Below, piece after piece: positions 1 through 10,907 of a DNA stretch of 64,000 bases. The position numbers were made by a program, and so were the translations under genes. The notes under the pieces are model-generated. The model was not told the origin of the DNA. It was given only the letters and a program-made list of their open reading frames with translations, and did no database searches. Each line of letters begins with the position of its first letter. Within the stretch, counting starts at the first letter, position 1. This stretch comes from Dudresnaya verticillata (Eukaryota), in NCBI GenBank assembly GCA_977862235.1, contig OZ374557.1, forward strand, positions 3,472,001-3,536,000, read 5' to 3'.

Positions 1-2171
1 ATCGGTCAGGGACATGAGCTAGCGAAAGGCTTCATGGTCGGTTCGTACCGTGAACCTGGTCCCTTCGATGTAGGGACGCAGGATTATGATCGACCACACC
101 ACTGCAAAGCACTCGCGCTCCGTGGCCGAGTAGTTCCGCTCCGCTGAGCTTAGTGAGTAAGACCAGTACCCAACGGGGTGTAACTGACCGTCGACTTGCT
201 CCTGGAGCAGGGCGCATCCGAGCTGGTACGCCGATGCCTCCGTGTCGAGGACGTACGGCTTGCCCTCTCGATTGAGCCGTAGGGTAGGAGACGATAAGAG
301 TGTCGCTCGCAGCGTCTCAAATGCCTCCAGCGCCGCTGCGCTTGGATTATCGAAATCCACATCCGCATCCTTGCGGGTCATATCCGTCAGCGGACGAGCG
401 ATCTCCGCAAAGTTCCTGACGAAGCGGCGGTAAACATTACACGCCCCGAGGAACGACCTCACCTTCGTCAGGGAGGTCGGGGACTGCGCATGGCGGAACG
501 CGTCGATGCTTGTATTCTCCATGCGTAGTTTCCCCGGCTCGATCACGTGACCGAGGTAGTCCACGCGGGACTGGAAGAAGTGGCACTTCTTCCGCTTCAG
601 GGGCACGCCGTCCTTTCGAAGCAGAGTCAGCACGCGGTCTGGGTGACCAACGTGCTCCGCGATCGACCGCGAGAATACGATCACATCATCGAGATAGATC
701 AAACAACACTGCTATCTAACTCCGCTGAGTATGATGTCCAGTGCACGCTGGAAAGTCGCAGGGGCGTTCTTCAGTCCGAAGGGCATCCGCAGATAGCGTA
801 ACGTCCCTAGGAACGTCGTGAACGTGGTTTTATCGCTGTCTGCCGCTGCGACAGGGATTTGCCAGTACCCTGCATTACAATCCAGTGTGGAGAATATGGC
901 AGCCTCGCCGAGACTGTCGATACAGTCATCCATGCGTGGGATTGGGTACGCATCGCTCAGGGTTTTGGTGTTAAGACGTCGATAGTCCACACAAAACCTG
1001 AGCGTGCCGTCCTTCTTGGGCGCCAGAACGACTGGCGATGCCCACTCCGACGTGGCGGGTTCGATTACCCCTGCACGCAGCATGGTCTCGACCTTGTTCT
1101 GTACGAGCTTCCGCATAGCGGGGCCCTGTCGATAGGTCATTGAGCGAATCGGCCGCGTGCCGGTTCCACGTCGATGTGGTGTTGCGTAGCGGCAATCGTG
1201 CCTAGCCTGCCGTCCCACATGGACTGGTGCTTCCGAAGCATGGCGAGGACTTCTTCGCGGGTGACCTTGTCTTCGATAGACGAAAGGTCCACCTGCGACT
1301 CCCAGTCCTCGATGGACTCTCCTTTCTCCGCCGCTGCAGTTGCTGCTACTTGGAGCTTTGTGGGCTCGGGGCCCCTTGCCATCGACGGCGTGACTGGGGG
1401 TCATTGCTCCCCTTACCCCTGGGTTGCTGCCCTTTTTGCGGAAGGGTGGGGATAGTCATCACCTTCCCGAACTCTTCCGCGACATCGTGGTCTCAGCTTT
1501 AGCCTTCTCGACTCGACGTCGATCCCCCGCACGTGCGCGTTGATAAACTGAGTGCCTATCAGTACGTAGACCGCGAGCGTGTCGGCGACGATGAAAGGCA
1601 CGCGGAACGTCGTGTTCCCCAACTTCATCGAGAGGTGGACGACGCCGGACAGCCTGAGCGGGGTCTTGTCGGCGCCTGCCAGGCGTGGCGCGGAGTCGAT
1701 CTCTGACGCGTTTCCCTCCCAGAATGCGGGCAGGGCACCTATAGCGATGAGGTTGTACCCGGAGCCGGTGTCCACCGCGATGGTGTGGGGTCTCATAACC
1801 CGCGGATCCGCACCGAGGGACCCGGACACTCGGTAAATCTCGGAGGACAGGAGGCACACGTACCCGTCGGGGGTAGTGGGCGGCTCTGCGCCGATGCATG
1901 GAGCCCCGGTACCCTCGCGTCGAGCGTCGGGTGCCGGCGGTCCCGCCATCGGGGAGCTGCGCCCTTTCCGCCTGGCCTGTCGCTTGCATCGACGCCGCGG
2001 CGGCCAGGGTGGTTTGGTACGCGTCGCCCACGACGTCCCGTCGACCGGCACGTCGCTCGTGTCCTTCGAAGCGCCGCTGCACTCGACGTGGGGGTTCGCT
2101 GCCCCCAACACCGTCGAAAGTGAACGGGACGGTGGGTCTGGTGTTGGACAAGACGGTGCGCGCGACCGCAC
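1..2171 (-). pseudogene. Gypsy pol (protease-RT-RNase H), disrupted
   Basis: ORF pieces 1413..2171 (IAVDTGSG), 712..1404 (SPVVLAPKKDGTLRFCVDYRRLN, MPFGLKNAPATFQR) and 19..702 (YLDD, RNase H, ERNYSATERE). In-frame TAG replaces Trp at ~712 and ~19. Frameshifts are present, plus a ~410-bp deletion at ~1493 relative to element C. Confidence 0.93.
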
Positions 2172-2185
2172 GAGCGGCGCCGCCT

Positions 2186-4499
2186 TTATTCTTTTTCCAG
2201 ATCGACCCGGTCAGAATTGTCCTCGGAATCCGAACTTTCGTGCTCGATTCCGGTTGAGTGTTTCGTAACCCCTGAGGCGCCTCGCGTCGATCGCGGAGGC
2301 GTGTCAAAAAGGATAGGAGAATCGCTTCCCTGCCCGCTGGCTGTCTCACCCTTGTGGCGCGCGTCGAGCGCTTGCGGAAGCCACTAGTCAGCGGTGAGAC
2401 CGGTGTGCTTCTGCTCGGAGCAGTTCGCGGCGCGGGTCGGCCCTCGGAGGCATCGATGCCTGAGGTTGACGGCCAGCGGGCTCGTCGAAGCCGACCCGCT
2501 TATCGCGTAGCAGGAACCGCGGTGCGTCGCCTTGGCGGTACTCGCGTCGTGGGTCTCGGAGATCCACGAGGTACCCCTGCGGCTCTCCGCGGTACCTTGG
2601 TGCGCCCATGCGCTACGGTGGACCTCTCGCGTCGAAGCGTCGGTCCCCACCCCGCGGCGCATCGTAGGGCCGTGCGGGGTTCCTTGTCCTTGCGCCCGCT
2701 GGCGCGCGCTCGTCGATGAGCTGTTGGAGCATATTGCGCGAATGCGGTTGCGTTTCCATTCGATGGTTGCAGTTCGCATACGCGCAGTACGTCTGCTGTT
2801 CCTTCGTGAGGTACGGGCACGAATACATGATGTGCCCGACCTCGAGGCAGAACCAGCAGATGTACCATCCCTGTCGATCAGGGATGACTGCGCGTGCCAT
2901 CGCCTCCTGCGTTGGAGTGAGCGGTGGTATGCGTTTGGGTAGGACCGCGTAGATTCGTCCTGTGATGTCGAGGGTCTCGACGGCCTCGGTCGACCCGGCT
3001 GTCGATAGCGCGGGTGCGACCATCACGAGTTCGAACCCGTCGGCGTCGGGGTCCACCAGCATTGTTCTGTCCCTAGCAACGTCCCCGCTGGGATATCTTG
3101 GTGGGCCCTCGATGAGCAGTGTAAGGCCGCTTGCCGAGCTGCAACCTGACTTGCCGCGCCCCGAGTTGTTCGTAGGCTGCGCTGCCTTTGCCGAACGGGC
3201 GCGGTAGGTTGTGCTCTGGCTATGGGCAATCCGACGAACAGTACTAAAATTGGTCTGTTCGACCATAGGCAGCTGCCTGACCTTCTCCACCACTGCGGGT
3301 CTTGTCGTAGGCAGCAGGCCTCGAAGGAACTGATGCGTCAAGTTCTCATCGGAGTACACGCCAACGCAGGCGCCCGCATACCCTTCGAGGCGAGTGGCGA
3401 ACTCAAGCTCGGACTCGGCGTCCTTCTGCTTGGCGGTGTTCAGCCGGTCATGGGCGTCTGCGATGACGCCGTCCGTGACGAACCTCTCGACGAGGGTATT
3501 GACCACCGAGGCACAACAGGGTGGGGTGCCGCGCTGCGTTGTGCGCACCCCAGAGAACAGGTGACTCGAGTACACCTGCGAAGCGGTTCCATCGAGGAAC
3601 CAGGACACCACACGCGCCGCTGCGCCCTCGGATAGTCTAACGCCATTGAATGATTGGCGTAGCTATCGAAGCACACCAAGCAGGCGAATCGGCTCCTTAC
3701 CGTCAAACCGGTCGAGCCGGGGCATCAGGGCCTTCATGCGGCTGACAATCTTCGCAGTGATGCCGCTGCACACCGGCTGTTGGTTGTCCAACTGATCTAC
3801 GTCATCGAGACGGTAAGAGTGGTAGTCGATCGCCTTAGCGCACTCTGGTACCAACGTGGTTAACGGCTCGATGCCTGCCATGAGTGGGCCCCAATGCCAA
3901 TAGGCAGAGACGGGTCCCTCGTGCTGTTGGGGGGTCGGTCCCCCTTTGTTTTTTGCCCGTCAAGGGCCTGTCGGAGCAACCTGGGGTCGACCCCTAAACG
4001 GATTGCGGTCCCCACTCGGATGGTGTGAACCCGCCGCACTCCTCGGTGGAGATGGCGGTGGTGAAGGAAAGCGATGCCGAGCTCGTTGCTCGTCAAGTAT
4101 GGCAGCGGCCAATTCTTGAACTGCACCCGCTGGTGACTGCGGTCGTGGAGGAGAGCGCTGCGCCGACGATGGGCCCGTAGCCCGCTGGCGTTGCCGCGTC
4201 GGCGCGCGCTCTATCAACTCAACGCGGCGGAGTAGCTCATCGAGGAGCCCCTGTGACCGGGTTATTCTGTCCTCGATGGACGGCAAAGGATCGCTTCGAA
4301 GCGTGTCCAGGTCTTGCTGTCCGGCAGCCCTCGCTGTAGCTATCGAAGTTTTCAGGTGGTCGTACACCTCGGCTAGCGAGTCCATGGTCTCCTCATACAG
4401 CAGCTGGAGGTCGGCCACCGAGACCAGACTCCCGGCGAGGGCCTTTTGCAGCGCGGCCCTCCGCTCAAGCCTCACATCGTGTAGCGGAGTACCTGACAC
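2186..4499 (-). pseudogene. Gypsy gag, disrupted
   Basis: Fragments 3960..4499, 3663..3881, 2613..3611 (CWFCLEVGHIMYSC knuckle) and 2388..2609 match gag of element C. Stop TAA at 2186-2188. Confidence 0.88.
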
Positions 4500-4643
4500 G
4501 CCGATGGTACTCAGTATTGAGGTTCGACGCGTCGCGTCCTCAACGTTTCCCGCAGCGGCCGAAGCGGCAGCGGCTGGGTCAGGAGGACTCGATATCCTTT
4601 ACTTCGATCGCGTCGATGCGAGAAGTACTTGGGTCTCGACGAC

Positions 4644-4661
4644 TTCTAGGTCGGGAGACCA
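4644..4661 (-). promoter_or_regulatory. Primer-binding site of element A (TGGTCTCCCGACCTAGAA)
   Basis: Begins with TGG 1 nt inside the LTR end and is identical to the PBS at 21029. Confidence 0.9.
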
Positions 4662-4662
4662 G

Positions 4663-5441
4663 TGTAGTATAGACGTCGGGTCGATCCGACGTCCAATACT
4701 TGCTGGTCCAAAGCGGCCACACAGACCCGTCGATGGGTAGCTGTTGTGGTTGGTAGAGCGGTGTCGGCCGCGTGCACCCCGCAGGTGCGGATCGACGGCG
4801 TCGATGCCGGAGCGCGCACGGGGCGTACCGTACGTGGGTAGGCAGCGGCCGGGTCCCAGCGTCCCTGTCTAAGGGCGGCACGGCACGAAGCCGACGGAAA
4901 GGAAAAGGAAAGGGGAAAAGCCTAGCGAGGCAAGGGGGAAAAGGGAAACCGCCCGCTGACATAAGGCAAAGGGATCGAACACGAAGAGGCTGGGGGCAAG
5001 CTTCAGCGTGAGCTGTTGCTTGCCCGATTTACTGAGCCGTCGATGGCCGACGGTCTTAAATACCCTACGCTATGTGCACTACGACTACTCTACAGTAGGT
5101 GCGCCCCACAACACTAACGCGGGAGGTGTGCGAGCGCGCGCCCATACACGTGTCGACACGTCCGGGTAACGGCTACCCGTGGGCGCACGCGGGGCATAAC
5201 GGGCAGCGGCCCTCACAACGGCTGGATGCCGGGGAGCGTCACTGGGGCGCGCCGTGTGCGGCACGGTGCGCGGCCGCTGCCGGCAGCAATGCGGTCGACC
5301 GCTACGAAATCAACGAAAAAACTAAGGGCACGCTGCCCAACCACGACTCGCCAGCGGGCGTCATCGTGTGCACCATTACAGCGCAGGGCTGCCAGCATAC
5401 CTTACAGCCGCTGCTGATAGTGTGCTGACAGCTATACTACA
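4663..5441 (-). repeat. 5' LTR of element A (779 bp)
   Basis: Bounded by the perfect 10-bp inverted repeat TGTAGTATAG...CTATACTACA, adjacent to the PBS. The U5 part aligns with the LTRs of element C. Confidence 0.9.
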
Positions 5442-8400
5442 ACAGAGTCACTTCGAAATTCGTATTTCTCGATTATTTTCACGTAGACCTCGGAGTCGTT
5501 TTGCGCACATCGTCTATACCACACGGCCCCCTCCTCAAGAGCGAACGTCCCGGTCGCGGGTTACGAATCACGAATTGGCGTGGTCCGGTTTCTCTCGGAG
5601 GAGTGCATGTGGAGCCCTCCGAGTAGCGGCGCGGAGTTGTTTTCGAGCACTGTCCGTGTTACGCTTGGGTCCGGCTCCTTGATCTCGGTAATTACACTCG
5701 TCGGTCTCAACTCCGTAGCTCGCGATCTGCGCGTTTTTCTTTTTCCCCTCGTGCGCTTCGTAGCGGCGGTTGCGGGTTGCTTCGTAGTATCTTGTCGCTG
5801 TTAGCCTCGCTCTGTGGCGTATCCTACTCGTCTTCGATTCGTACGATCTCGCTGTTGCTCCGCTGGCTTCGATGGTTCGTTGTAGCCGGCTTCGGTCTTC
5901 GTGGCCTAACGTTGCTTGTCCTACGTAGGTACGCCTTCGGGACTGGTAAGATTTTCTTGCCTCCAGCCCTCGGATCTATAGTTACGTAGTTGGTCACGTA
6001 GGTGGGAGGCATCGTAGCTTCTTGTAAACGAGTACGGAGTTCGGGGTCCGATTGACCATCACTTGTAGACTTAGTCTCCGCACTGTGCACGATAGATTGC
6101 GGAAGTCACGAAGTCGCTGATCCTTAATTTTCCTAATTTTTGTGCGACTCGATTCGCCTTAATTTGATTTCGAAAAAACGCGGGGGCGCTGTCATCGAGA
6201 CCCATGAACATCGACCGCATGGCCCCCTCCTCAAGACGAAGGCACCCGCATCGACGCTGCGCGGGGTGCCTCACGATTTCGGGCTCCACGGTGAGAATCG
6301 AGAGGGTCTTGAGGACCATGTAGAGGTGGAAGAATGAGCACCGGGGCTCTGGATTCGAAATGGCGTGAACCTGCGTGCAAACGACGCAATACGAAGCAAT
6401 TCACGGTTCTGGACATCGGGGTGCGCGAAACTAAATTCGTACGCGGAAACCGGACTCGACTTGGAGTGAGGATATCGGAACAGCCTCGGGAAACACGGAG
6501 AAAAACGGAAGGGGCATCGTAGCTCCCATTCACGAATGGCGGGCATCCGGTGCAAACGGGCAGTCGCGTGCGCGAAACGCGGAGGCGCTCGAATGGGGTA
6601 CAATGAGCCGCCAGGATCTGTAAGCACTTACACGTATTTTGCGCCCATTCTAGTCGTGGATTGACGCCCCTTCCGGGAGAACCTCAACAGGTTATCGTAA
6701 TAACTGTACAAAAAATACGTCCTTGTACGGGCTGTGCGGGCGCGCATTGCGGAAAGGCCGCGTGGTCAGAATCGCCCGTAACTCCGAGAACGACGGTTCT
6801 GAAGAAGATTGCCCAATTGGAGAAACTTCCCCTCAGGCAATCACAGGACCGATATCCTTCTTTTAGGTCGACAAGACCGACCTGAACATGCCGACTTCCA
6901 ACGGCGATACCACCCGACCGGGGTTAACCAGTCGTCGTGGAAGCCGTTCCGGCAGTCTTTCCTCCGTGAGGACGATTGGGACGAGAACCCGTGCGGCCGT
7001 TGCCGCTCTTGCCCAAAATCGTTCAGTAGGAGACGTGGAACGCCCGCCCCGAACGGCGGGCGCTCCAGGATATGAGGAACCACCTGTTCCAGAGAAGGGA
7101 CAGGTCCCGAATGAAGAAAACACGGTCAGGACCGCTTCCGCAAGCGTCGGCAACTACGGTCCGAATTAGGGTCGTGACCCTAGTATGCTGCCGCCGCCCA
7201 TCAGTCGGGCTAGCCAGCACGATATGGGCGGACAGACCCTAGAAGATGTGACGACGTCATTATTGCCCCCGGACATAGGGGTGCCAATGAGAACGAAAGC
7301 CAATTCGACCGACCAACGATGTTTCCCAGAACGTGAGATAGGCCAGATGATCGAATTGGGCATCGAAAATGCTCTCGTCACGAGCGTCCGAGCGTTGCTC
7401 GAGAGTCAAGCTGACGAAACTCTCTCGAGGGTGAAGCGTTATTTCGACGACTCAACAGCCCGTCGGGTCGATTAATTGTCGGCAAAGGTCCAAGAAGAGA
7501 TCGATTCTTGATGTCGGCGAACCTCCTCTCGAGGAGTAGACGAAGAACGGGTCGAGACCCTACAAGCCCAGGTCGATTCCTTGGGGGACCAATTAGAGTT
7601 AGCGAGCAAAACATCGTCTTCCAAGGCGCATAACGCTCCAATCCGTTCGCGTGGTATCGTTTAGTTACTCACGCAGACGGCTGACGGTGACGCCGTTGGC
7701 GGTTGGCTTTCGGGGGTTGACCGGTTGGGCGTTCCTCCAGCTCTTTGACTTAGGGAGTTCGGCTTAACCGGTGAACAACCGGCACTGCCGTGAGGTGTGG
7801 ACCAGCATGCCCCAGGTGTCAATGGGTCGTCAGCGATGGTGCGCTCGGGGACTGAGGTGCGGACGACAACATGGATGTGCGTCGGCGGGGGAGGTAACTC
7901 TCCTCCGTTGTGCGACGCGTGGGAGCCTGCGTGGCCGTGGGCCGGGGTGGCGTCGGGAAGGGCGACGCGATCCCCGGGCTGACGAGGCGCCCCGATCGTG
8001 TTGTCATCGATGAGTGCGACCTCTCCGACGGGAGAATGCTTCCAGACGTCGATGACGGCCGTCTTGAACTTGAGCCTCGGATCGTTGGCGGTCTAGAGGC
8101 CATTATACAATCGTAGATCTGCTTCAACGTCCCCGGACGATTAGCGGCAACGTGAGACGAAGGGTTGTCGGACGTCACGCGACGGTAGAACTCGTTGTAT
8201 TGTAGAACCCTTCTAGGGCGGGAGACCAGATGTGCTGCAAACCGTCTAGCGAGGAGTAGTACCTCCGGGAAGTTCGGACTCGGGGGTAGCGCGCTAGTAG
8301 GGAGAGTGTCTTAGAGCGTAGGTAACACGCCGAGGGCGGAATGTAAACGCCCTGGGCGGTAGAAGTGGAACAAAGCCACAGAAAGGAGAGAGAAAGAGAA

Positions 8401-8759
8401 AGAAATGGAGAAAGGAGAGAGAAAGGTAGAGAGACGCGTCAAGGACGTAGACGGACGCGGAAGCGCGAGCGGAGCTGCGCAGATGCCTTCGTTGGTAACG
8501 GGAAGTACGCACTTGCGAAGGTGCTTCAGGTCGGAGGCCGGCTTGCCGGGATTTACTCAACGTCCCAAACGGGTTACCTAATATACTATTGCTACGACGG
8601 GGGCTGCGGCGGCGCGGCGTGGCGCGCGGGAACTCGGGACGCGTGTCGCGCCCCCGTGCGTCTGAGAAGTCGTCGTCGCCATGCAGCCGCGCACCCGCCG
8701 GTAAGGAATAGCTTCAAGACGTGCGCCCGCGTAATGAATAGCTTACAGGCGCGTCCACA
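5442..8759 (-). mobile_element. Partial Gypsy-type element B (5' LTR, PBS, degenerate internal region), probably interrupted by element A
   Basis: PBS TGGTCTCCCGCCCTAGAA at 8211-8228 next to an LTR-like block. A low-complexity ORF (7819..8178) follows the PBS. No pol motifs are recognisable in 5442-8210. Confidence 0.65.
8231..8759 (-). repeat. Probable 5' LTR of element B (~529 bp)
   Basis: TGTG...CACA ends, adjacent PBS. It shares TAGTATAT...AGTAAA(N)CAAGCCGGCCT and a pyrimidine tract with the element C LTRs. The outer end (8759) is less certain. Confidence 0.65.
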
Positions 8760-8765
8760 AGTCGG

Positions 8766-8960
8766 TAGAGGTGATCCGGATTCGGATCCCGATCCCTGCC
8801 AGCATTGCTGGCGCGTGGGTGTGCCTTACAGGCGCACGCCATACATTGTAGTAGATCCCGATCTGATTCCGATTTCCGATCAAGATCCCATCGGGATCTG
8901 GGCCATCATTACAGGTACACGCTATATACCTCCCGGATCCCGATAGGCGATCCGGATTCG
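8766..8960. repeat. Cluster of GATCC(C)G/CGGAT motifs, possible DNA-transposon end
   Basis: Many GATCC(C)GA-like words in both orientations, starting TAGAGGTGATCCGG. No partner end was seen. Confidence 0.35.
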
Positions 8961-10394
8961 CGCGGCGCGGGCGTACAGTGCGTGAGCCGCCATACCTGGC
9001 GGCGGGTGTGGCGTCCGTACGCCGTTGAGCCGACCGTCCGTGACTTTTTCGTGCGCGCCAGCGGCGGATACGATTGTCCGTCGGAAGACGTCTTATGGAA
9101 CGCTCCGAGCGGAAAAAGGGGCTCACCCCCCTTCCACCACAATTCCAGAGGAATCCACTGCCAATCTATCAAGAGACATGCCTTGACTGCGGTGGATCGT
9201 CATACCATAAGCAATGATAACGGGGAGCTGAAGTCTTGTCCCAGCAATACTCGTGTTGTAGTTTCGTACGTTTAAATCCATTGATCGAACAAGAAGAGTG
9301 TGTGTACACCTTAAGCTGGCCCTTCTCGATGAAGATGCGAATGGCTGCGATAGGACCAGTCACACATGCCTGACATGGAGAAGACGTTCTATCTCCCGTT
9401 CATGCACGCGTGGCCTCACTGGCGGGACAGGGTGGTTGACTGAAATATCCAATATTTCAAACCTTGATCCTGGATTGAAACATCCGCATTTCCTGGTAAG
9501 CACAAACAAGCAGTTCTTCCTCACAGCCGACCTTTCCGGCGCAACTTCGCCCAAGCGCTTCACGATTGAATCTGAAGCTCGACGGCCATGTCCGTCCACC
9601 GCAATTGACACAAATGCCGGCCCTTGTAGTTCCTGTAGCTCTCTATTGTTCACAGTGCTTACTTCTGCATTCTTAAGACATAGGCGGGTCGAAGAACGAG
9701 GAGGAGAACCGGGCGACAAACTACTTGTACTGTTCAGAGCATCGACATCGCAGTCAGACTGGAAGTCGCATGGAAACGGACTCACCGTACTCCCCCTTCC
9801 AGGTGGTTTACAAGCATTAGCCTCGTACCGCTTTGTACGCTACGAATGTTAGGGTGGCACTGCCTTTTTTCCCTTCTCTTCAGGCACGCTTGCCTTTTTC
9901 CTTTTCCCTCAAGTCTCTACCAACTCCCCATTTTGCGCTACCCTCATTAGGGTGTGTGCACGCATGGAACAGCTGTCCTTGCCGTTTAGCGGGTTATTGG
10001 CTCGTCGCGCCATGCTACTACACCTGGTACGTGGTAGAAGTGGCAGGAAGTGTTACATCCGTGATATTTTCTTCCGCAAGTGCGTCCATGGTAGCCTTCT
10101 GAAGACTGGGTGACAGTCCATAGTCGGTGTCCGCTGTGCCAAGTTCGGAAACCGTTGTCCCAGATTTCGTAAGCTGACAATTTATCGGGATTTGACTGCT
10201 TCTTTAACCTCCAGAATGTGATAGCATGTGACAACTCCAGTTTACAGTCAGGCGACGGAAAAGTTGCTACATTGCAACTCCGTAAGTTGCAAAAGTGGAC
10301 CACGGCCCCGCCAGGAAACAACCGGCGCCGTGGCGACTACCCGCATTCTGGCGTCCCGAATGCCCCGTGGGCATTTTTATTGCCCCAGTCGACG

Positions 10395-10581
10395 GGGGAG
10401 TCCCGCCACACCCTGGGTGAGGGGGGTGAGAAACCGTCCTCTCTGATTGGCCTAGGATTTCGGTCTCCACCCATTCCGCTGGGACAACGGCGCATCGGGC
10501 CCCACCTCCCGCTCCCCCAATATAATATCGTTATTGCAAACGGTCTCCACCTCCCGCATACTTGGCACACTCTTAGTCGCC
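10395..10581 (+). repeat. MULE left TIR
   Basis: GGGGAGTCCCGCC...CTTAGTCGCC is the near-perfect reverse complement of 33739-33933, with one ~8-bp indel and a few substitutions. Confidence 0.93.
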
Positions 10582-10907
10582 CACGGGTATTCTCTATTCG
10601 TCCCCAATATTCATGCAGAACAACGGGAAGACACGCACCCAGCCGGTAAGCCCAACGTGACGAGTGTGACCGAAAGGCGCGCAAACCGTGCCCGCGCAAA
10701 CCCCAGTCGACGGCGGCTGCCGAGGACGATCGGGCTCAACCCCTCACCCCGCAACACTGAAGAGCATGCCCATCCACGCTTGACAGCGCCCACCCCCACC
10801 CCCACCCCCACACTCACCAGATCAGCTACCTCCCCCGGCCTTCTCCTCTCTACCTCTCTACCAGCGTACACACCTTTCCCATTGCTGTCCGCGCTTCTCT
10901 CTTGCCC

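Larger units (their letters stand above)
1..5441 (-). mobile_element. Ty3/Gypsy LTR retrotransposon A (5' part; runs off the left window edge), decayed; same family as element C
   Basis: Minus-strand 5' LTR, PBS, gag with CCHC knuckle, protease (AVDTGS), RT (FSTLD..., YLDD) and RNase H. Protein fragments are clearly homologous to those at 21096-25921. Confidence 0.95.

Noticed and set aside
1..3670. RIP-like CpA>TpA mutation suggested by three nonsense changes (TGG>TAG twice, CAG>TAG)
   Set aside because: Stop-creating transitions are biased toward these contexts by the genetic code. The elements remain GC-rich with no evident TpA excess.
9169..10321. Short minus-strand ORFs left of the MULE
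   Set aside because: No motif or consistent exon chain could be built.
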